In this document: piece by piece, positions 58,380 to 64,000 of the stretch
How positions within the stretch are numbered: position 1 is the stretch's first letter
Layout: every line of letters starts with the position of its first letter
Assembly (NCBI GenBank): GCA_041946735.1
Contig: JBHGAY010000004.1
Location: 125,626-189,625 of the forward strand
Direction: 5' to 3'
Length of the DNA: 64,000 nt
DNA from: Candidatus Eiseniibacteriota bacterium
GTDB taxonomy: Bacteria > Eisenbacteria > RBG-16-71-46 > CAIMUX01 > VGJL01
Notes under the pieces: model-generated
The model's database searches: none
What the model saw: the letters and a program-made list of their open reading frames with translations, nothing else
Told to the model about the DNA's origin: nothing
Position numbers and translations under genes: made by a program

Positions 58380-60398
58380 ATGCTCGAATCGCTTCGCGAC
58401 CGACCGATCGCCCGGCTGCCCGACCGCCTCCGCTTCGACGGCAGGATCCTCCTTCTCGTCGACGACGCCGACGCGATGCGACGACAGCTGGCGGGCGAGG
58501 ATCTTCCCGGCGATCCCGCCCTCTATCCCCTGCGCGACGACATCTCGACCGACGAGATCACCCCCGGCTGGGTCTGCTTCCACTACGACGAGAAGCTCGG
58601 CGACTTTCCCTACGTCGGCCTGCGCGCCGGCGGCGAGTTCCCCATCACCCCGGGATCGGTCCGCGCCGCCCGCTTCGTCGCGAGCGTTAGCGGCAAGCGC
58701 CGCGGAAAAGGATCGAGCCGCGAACAGTCTCCCTTCGCAGAAAAGGCGGCCGGAATCCGTCTCGTCATCGCCGAGAACATCGAGAGGATCTACCGGCAGA
58801 ACTGCCAGAACCTGGGTCTCCTCACTTCGACCGACTTCGGCCTCGTGGAACGGATCCGGCGCGGTGAAGAGATTCCGCTCGAGGAGTTCCTGCAGGGAGA
58901 AGATCCGATCACGCGCGAGATTCTCCGGCACGGCGGTCTCTTCGCCTTCAACGTCGCCCGCCTGCAGGGCGCGATCCGGGTGCCCGAGATCGAGACGCCC
59001 GCGCGTCCGATGAGCCTCGCGGAAAAGATCCTCGCCCGGCACATGAGAAGCGGATCGGGACGGACCGGAGTAAAGGCGGTGCGCCCCGGCGACGCGGGAT
59101 TCGTCGAGTGCGACCTCCGCTTCAGCCACGAGTACGTGACTCCCATGGCCTCCTCCTTCTTCGAGGAGGCGCTCGGCGCGGAGGGGCGGATCGCCGACCC
59201 GCAGTCCGTCCTCTTCTTTCGGGACCACCTCACGTTCCTCCATCAGGTGATCTCTCCGGAGAAGAAGGCGCAAGGCCTGCTCGATCTCGCCGACCGCCTG
59301 CGCGCCCGCCAGGAGGAGTTTGCGCGGCGGCAGGGAGTGCGGTTGCACGGGGAGATCCCGGGCGGAAACGGATCGGAGGGGATCTGCCATTCCCTCGTCC
59401 TTCAGAACTACGCGCTCCCGGGGCAGGTGATCGCGGGGACCGACTCTCACACGCCACACTCGGGCGCGGTGGGCGCCCTCGCCTTCGGCGTCGGCTCGAC
59501 CGACATCTTCAACGCCTGGATCACGCGCGACGTGCGCGTCCGCGTGCCGCAGGGAGTGCTCGTCCGCGTGCGCGGGCGCCGTCCGGAGAACGTGACCGCG
59601 AAGGACTTCATGCTCGCGCTTCTCGCGCATCCGTTCGTCCGCGAGGGGAAGGCGATCGGCCGGATCGTCGAGTACACCGGCGAGGCGGTCGAGCAGCTCT
59701 CGGTCGACGAGCGCGCGACGATGACGAACATGGCGGCGGAGGTCGGCGCTTTCACCGGGATCGTGGCACCGGATGCGCGGACGGCGAGGTTTCTCGCGAG
59801 CGAGCGCGAGGGCCTCGGTGTGGAGGAAGCGACCCGCCTCTGCGAAGGATGGGCGAGCGATCCGGACTGCGAGTGGGAGAAGGTGATCGAGATCGACGCC
59901 GAGGCGCTGCGGCCGATGGTCGCGCTCCCGGGAGATCCGGGCAACGGACGGCCGATCGAGGAGGTCGAGAGCGAGGCGGGCGGGCCGGTCCGGATCGAGA
60001 TCGCCTACGGTGGCTCCTGCACGGCGGGCAAGCGGGAGGACATGGACATGTATGCCCGGGTCCTCCGCGATGGCTTGCGGTCGGGCCGGCGCGTCGCTCC
60101 CGGCGTCTCCTTCTTCATTCAGTTCGGCTCTCAAGAGGTCAAGGCGTACTGCCGGGATCAGGGGTATCTGCGGATCTTCGAGGACGCGGGCGTGCGCTTG
60201 ATCGAGCCTTCCTGCGGCGCCTGCATCAATGCGGGGCCGGGCGTGTCGCAGACGAAGGAGACCGTGACGGTCAGCGCGATCAACCGGAACTTCCCGGGAC
60301 GGAGCGGGCCCGGGCAAATGTACCTGGCGAGCCCGCTGACCGTCGCCGCCTCGGCCCTGGCGGGCCGGATCGTCGCCTACGAGCCGCGCAAGGCCTGA
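58380..60398 (+). CDS. Aconitase/isopropylmalate isomerase-family enzyme with N-terminal swivel (LeuD-like) domain fused to LeuC-like domains
   Basis: DDISTDEI, GKGSSRE, RIYRQNCQNLG; then MSLAEKIL, DH, GICH, GTDSHT, GGSCT, CGAC, NRNFPGR, YLASP. Confidence 0.9.
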   Translation: MLESLRDRPIARLPDRLRFDGRILLLVDDADAMRRQLAGEDLPGDPALYPLRDDISTDEITPGWVCFHYDEKLGDFPYVGLRAGGEFPITPGSVRAARFVASVSGKRRGKGSSREQSPFAEKAAGIRLVIAENIERIYRQNCQNLGLLTSTDFGLVERIRRGEEIPLEEFLQGEDPITREILRHGGLFAFNVARLQGAIRVPEIETPARPMSLAEKILARHMRSGSGRTGVKAVRPGDAGFVECDLRFSHEYVTPMASSFFEEALGAEGRIADPQSVLFFRDHLTFLHQVISPEKKAQGLLDLADRLRARQEEFARRQGVRLHGEIPGGNGSEGICHSLVLQNYALPGQVIAGTDSHTPHSGAVGALAFGVGSTDIFNAWITRDVRVRVPQGVLVRVRGRRPENVTAKDFMLALLAHPFVREGKAIGRIVEYTGEAVEQLSVDERATMTNMAAEVGAFTGIVAPDARTARFLASEREGLGVEEATRLCEGWASDPDCEWEKVIEIDAEALRPMVALPGDPGNGRPIEEVESEAGGPVRIEIAYGGSCTAGKREDMDMYARVLRDGLRSGRRVAPGVSFFIQFGSQEVKAYCRDQGYLRIFEDAGVRLIEPSCGACINAGPGVSQTKETVTVSAINRNFPGRSGPGQMYLASPLTVAASALAGRIVAYEPRKA

Positions 60399-60455
60399 GG
60401 AGGGCGCGAGAAGGGAGAGGGACGGAGCGCGATCAGGGGGAAGAACGGAGCGCGA

Positions 60456-61136
60456 TCAGGGGCGATGGTCAGGGTCGGAGGTGAGAGCCGCTTGCGAATC
60501 GGGCGGCGCGCCGCCCGCATCGCTCGCGCCATCCGCGCCGCCGGCGCCCCTAGCGTCCCAGCCCCCCGCACCGACCGGAGGAGCTTCTGGCCTCATCGGG
60601 TGGTCGAGCAGGATTCCTTCCCCTCCGAACGCTTCCGGAACCTTGCCGTTGATCATGATCTCGACCCCCTTCACGTCGGGGAACTGCGTCGCCGTCCGGA
60701 GGATCTGCCGCAGCCGGGTCTGCATGCTCAGCGTCCCGCCTCCGGTTTCGACCCGGTCGTTGAAGTTCAGCCAGGCGATTCCGTCTTCCTCACGCACCCC
60801 GAGCAGGCTCGTCGCCGGAGGAATCTCGCTCCGGAGCCCGCTCTGCCACTCCTCCTTCGTCGGTCCCTCCAGGAGGCCGAGGATGCTCCCCGGAAGAGGA
60901 CGAGCTCCGAGCGGGAGGCGGCGCGGCACGCCGACCAGCACCGGCTCTCCCGTCTCGTCATCGATCCGCGCGAAGAAGACCTGGACGAGGGTGCCGGTGA
61001 CCGCCGTGTCGGGCGAAGCGGTTCGGGGAGGGAGCGCGCCGCGCGGCCCCCGGGGCCTGCTCCAGAAGTAGCCGACCGCGAGGCCCAGGAGCAGCGCGAG
61101 CAGAACGGCCGGGATCAGGTACCGTTTGTGGGACAT
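60456..61136 (-). CDS. GerMN-domain membrane-anchored protein
   Basis: N-terminal TM; LLEGPT.EE..SGL.SEIP..T.LL, GGG...M..RL.QI..TATQF..V..V.I.ING. Confidence 0.88.
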   Translation of the reverse strand: MSHKRYLIPAVLLALLLGLAVGYFWSRPRGPRGALPPRTASPDTAVTGTLVQVFFARIDDETGEPVLVGVPRRLPLGARPLPGSILGLLEGPTKEEWQSGLRSEIPPATSLLGVREEDGIAWLNFNDRVETGGGTLSMQTRLRQILRTATQFPDVKGVEIMINGKVPEAFGGEGILLDHPMRPEAPPVGAGGWDARGAGGADGASDAGGAPPDSQAALTSDPDHRP

Positions 61137-64000
61137 CGAGACGACTGTAAGGCGTAAGCGGCGGGCGCGCACTGGTCCTCGCGGCCGCGCGCCGACGGGC
61201 TCTCACGGGGCCCCACCGATGGCAGTTGCTCGCGAAGCACCCGCAGCTTCCCGACCCAGACCCCGGCCGGCCCCTCGGCCCGAATCAGGTAGGTCCCCTT
61301 GAGCAGCCGCCGCCCGCTCGCGTCGACCAGCTCGATCTCGATCGACTGTCTGCCGGCGCTCCTTTCCGCCTCCAGGATCGTCCGGACCTTGCGACCGCAG
61401 ATCTCGAACATCTCGATCCGGACCATCCCGCCCTTCGGAAGGTCGAAGATGAGCGAGGTGCGCTCTTCCGCCGGGTTGGGATAGAAAGTCGGACGAAACG
61501 CCGGGACGGACGGATCGACAGCGTTCCCACCGGCGCCCGCGCCGCCGCCTCCGTCGACATCGGCGAGGCGGGGATCGCCGACCGAGTAGTCCCAGATGCC
61601 GCGGCCCGCCGTCGTGAAACGGACGACTCCGATGTCGGGAACGGCTTCGACGCTGCGGAATCCGGCGAGGGGCCCTTCGGTCCTCAGGATCGAATCCCAG
61701 CGGCCTCCCCCGAGCGCAACGGCGCCCGCTCCGCCGGCCCTCGCATCGATACCGCTCGCATCATCCCCTTCGCCTCCGCTTGCGCTCCCACTCACCCCTC
61801 CGCTCGCCCCTCCGCCTGCCCCAAGGACGCTCGTCTCCCCGCAGAGGTCGAGGCGGAAGGCCCCCGCTTCGGCGGCCGCGAAGAGGGAGCGATCCTCCGG
61901 CCCGCAGAAGGCGAGGCCGAGGACGGCCGTGGGAGGCAGCCCATCGCCTCGCGGCGTCCAGGTGACTCCGCCGTCCGCCGTGGCGTAGACCGCCGGGCCT
62001 CCGTAGCCGCTGCCGCCGAGGAACGCGATCCGCGCGTCTCGCTCGGCGACCGCGATGGCGGCCGGGCGGAAGGCGCGGGCGCGCGGCCCCTCGGCGCTCG
62101 ACCGCGTCCACGTTCGTCCCTCGTCGTGCGAATACCAGATCGATCCGTCCTCTTCGGCGGCATAGCGGAAGGAGGGATCGGCCGCGGCGATCGCAAAGAC
62201 GGCGAGCCGCCCGGGCGCGCGGATGCGCCGGTCGGGGGTCCACGACCACAGTCCGGCCGCCTCGCGCCGGCAACTCCATAGGCCGTTCGCGCAGAGATGG
62301 ACCGTCGACCGGTCGGTCGGATCGATGGCGAGGAACGCTCCCGCGCGTGCATCGGAGCCGGCCGGGAAGGGGACGGAGCGGCGGGAGGACGGACCCGCGT
62401 GCGGATCCTCCAGGACGAGCAGATGCTCGCGCGCCAGCGCCCAGACCGGCGAGCTGTCCGGATCGGCGGAGACGATCTGCAGGAAACGGCCGGCGACGAG
62501 CGGCTCGAAGTCGAGCATCCCCGCGAAGGATGCCGGCCCCATCCCGTCGGTGGTCTCGGTCATCGACTTCGATCGGAGCCGCGACTTCGAGCGCTGCATC
62601 CCCTGGCCCTCCGAAGCCGCCAGGATCAGGTACGGGTCGCCCGGGCTCGTCAGCGTCGCGTAGTACGTGCCCGCGCACAGTCCCTTGCCGGCGAGATCCT
62701 GGAAGGTGCTCGCCGCGTCGACCGACGCGAAGCTTCCGCCTTCGGTGTGCAGGAGGATCACCTCGCGCCCGGCGATCCAGAAGCAATCGATTCCGTGCAC
62801 CGTCCCTTGCGGAAGGCCGGCTCCGCCGGTTCGATCCGCCGCCTCGGTCTCGAGCGGAAGGAACGTGCGGCCGCCGTCCACCGAGCGCAAGCACCTTCCT
62901 CCACCGAGGAGGAGGAGATCCGGATCGCGGATCGAGGCGCACAGCGTCGCGGAGAACCGAGGCAGCGCGGCGCGTGGCTCCCAGCTCCGGCCGCCATCGA
63001 TCGAGCGATGGAGCATCCAGCGGCCTCCGCGCGAGAGCGACGCGTAGAGGGTCGGCGCGCCCGCCTCCGATCCTGTCAGGGCCACGCCTTCGATCGCCTC
63101 CCCTTGGCCGGAGCCTGCCCCCGCGATCCGGCCCACCTCGGTGAAGTCGGCCCCGGCCCGCATCGAGCGCTTCAGCGACTCTCCGCAGAGGAGGAAGAGC
63201 GGCGCTGCGCCCGTGCGCCCCGTCCAGATGTCGCAAGGAGGCCAGTCGGGCTCGGAGTGGACGACGGCGAAGGTCGTGCCGCCGTCCCGGGAGCAGCAGA
63301 GGTGATAACCGGTCGGAAGCTGGTTTCCGGTCCAGATGCGCCCGCGCACGAGAAGCCAGACCACGCTCGCGTCGGAGGGATCGGGGAGCAAGCGCACGCA
63401 GCCGAGAATCTGGTCGGGCAGGCCGCCGGGCATGAACCAGGTGGAGCCGCCATCGGTTGTCGCCTGGACGCGGCCCTCGCGCGTGATCGACACGATGGAG
63501 AGAGGATCGGCGTTCGTTGCGACCAGCGCGTGCGCGCCGTGGCCGAGGCCGCTTCCCACGCAGCGCCACGTCTCCGACCCGCGCAGGGCACCGAGCCAGA
63601 TGCCGCCCAGGCCGCAGGCGAGAGCGACGTCCTCCTGGCCCGGAACGATCGAGGCGGCCATCGTCGGCGACGCGAGGTTCGTGCTGCCGATCGGCCTCCA
63701 TCTCTCCCCGGCGGCCGATCGGACTCCACGGGACATCCTCTCGAGAACGAGCGCCTCGCGATTCTGCGTTTCGAGGGCACGGGGGTGCACCCCGGGAGGA
63801 GCCGCATCGAGGCAAGCGAGGAAGGAATCGCCGGATTCACCGTCCGGCTCGACAGCCGGCCGCCCGCCGCTCTCCACCTGTTCGGAACTCCGCGCGCCGT
63901 TCTCCGCGTCACTCTCCGCGGCCGATCGCTGCCAGAGACGGTGAAGGGAATACAGGCCCGCGGCGGTGGATAGGAGCACCCACGCCGCGACGACCAGGAC
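61115..64000 (-). CDS. BNR/Asp-box beta-propeller protein with T9SS-like CTD (5' end outside the window)
   Basis: Asp boxes TTDGGSTW, SRDGGTTF, SIDGGRSW, SVDGGRTF, SHDEGRTW, TADGGVTW; GRGIW; YPNP...GTYLIR CTD; reading frame open to the window edge. Confidence 0.82.
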   Translation of the reverse strand, partial: VLVVAAWVLLSTAAGLYSLHRLWQRSAAESDAENGARSSEQVESGGRPAVEPDGESGDSFLACLDAAPPGVHPRALETQNREALVLERMSRGVRSAAGERWRPIGSTNLASPTMAASIVPGQEDVALACGLGGIWLGALRGSETWRCVGSGLGHGAHALVATNADPLSIVSITREGRVQATTDGGSTWFMPGGLPDQILGCVRLLPDPSDASVVWLLVRGRIWTGNQLPTGYHLCCSRDGGTTFAVVHSEPDWPPCDIWTGRTGAAPLFLLCGESLKRSMRAGADFTEVGRIAGAGSGQGEAIEGVALTGSEAGAPTLYASLSRGGRWMLHRSIDGGRSWEPRAALPRFSATLCASIRDPDLLLLGGGRCLRSVDGGRTFLPLETEAADRTGGAGLPQGTVHGIDCFWIAGREVILLHTEGGSFASVDAASTFQDLAGKGLCAGTYYATLTSPGDPYLILAASEGQGMQRSKSRLRSKSMTETTDGMGPASFAGMLDFEPLVAGRFLQIVSADPDSSPVWALAREHLLVLEDPHAGPSSRRSVPFPAGSDARAGAFLAIDPTDRSTVHLCANGLWSCRREAAGLWSWTPDRRIRAPGRLAVFAIAAADPSFRYAAEEDGSIWYSHDEGRTWTRSSAEGPRARAFRPAAIAVAERDARIAFLGGSGYGGPAVYATADGGVTWTPRGDGLPPTAVLGLAFCGPEDRSLFAAAEAGAFRLDLCGETSVLGAGGGASGGVSGSASGGEGDDASGIDARAGGAGAVALGGGRWDSILRTEGPLAGFRSVEAVPDIGVVRFTTAGRGIWDYSVGDPRLADVDGGGGAGAGGNAVDPSVPAFRPTFYPNPAEERTSLIFDLPKGGMVRIEMFEICGRKVRTILEAERSAGRQSIEIELVDASGRRLLKGTYLIRAEGPAGVWVGKLRVLREQLPSVGPRESPSARGREDQCAPAAYALQSSRCPTNGT

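Overview
A GC-rich bacterial chromosome segment with about 41 protein-coding genes. I found no rRNA, tRNA, CRISPR array or mobile element. The secreted proteins suggest an FCB-related candidate lineage such as Ca. Eisenbacteria or Krumholzibacteriota; this is an inference from five proteins with a PNP...WDGxD...GxY FlgD-Ig/T9SS-like C-terminal domain, a gingipain-family C25 peptidase, a protein ending in SWGxxxxxYR, and a PEP-CTERM protein. The window is rich in peptidases (TldD/PmbA, M28, M29, C25, M14, S8, CHAT). It also encodes an RND efflux operon with TetR, dinB, recD2, two GT4 glycosyltransferases, a serine-palmitoyltransferase-like enzyme and a swivel-first aconitase-family enzyme. The best leads are: (1) a CRISPR-free locus of ECF sigma, zinc-finger anti-sigma-like protein, TPR-CHAT caspase-like protease and S8 protease; (2) an orphan PilB/GspE-family protein with four MshEN c-di-GMP motifs, degenerate ATPase motifs and a sigma-28-like promoter; (3) three 9-codon mini-ORFs chained by ATGA overlaps between two genes; (4) a lipoprotein with three IPT/TIG domains and a terminal cytochrome c; (5) a Tat-signal TldD whose PmbA partner has no signal peptide; (6) recurrent tandem duplications anchored on stop codons. 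All calls come from reading motifs by eye; no searches were run.
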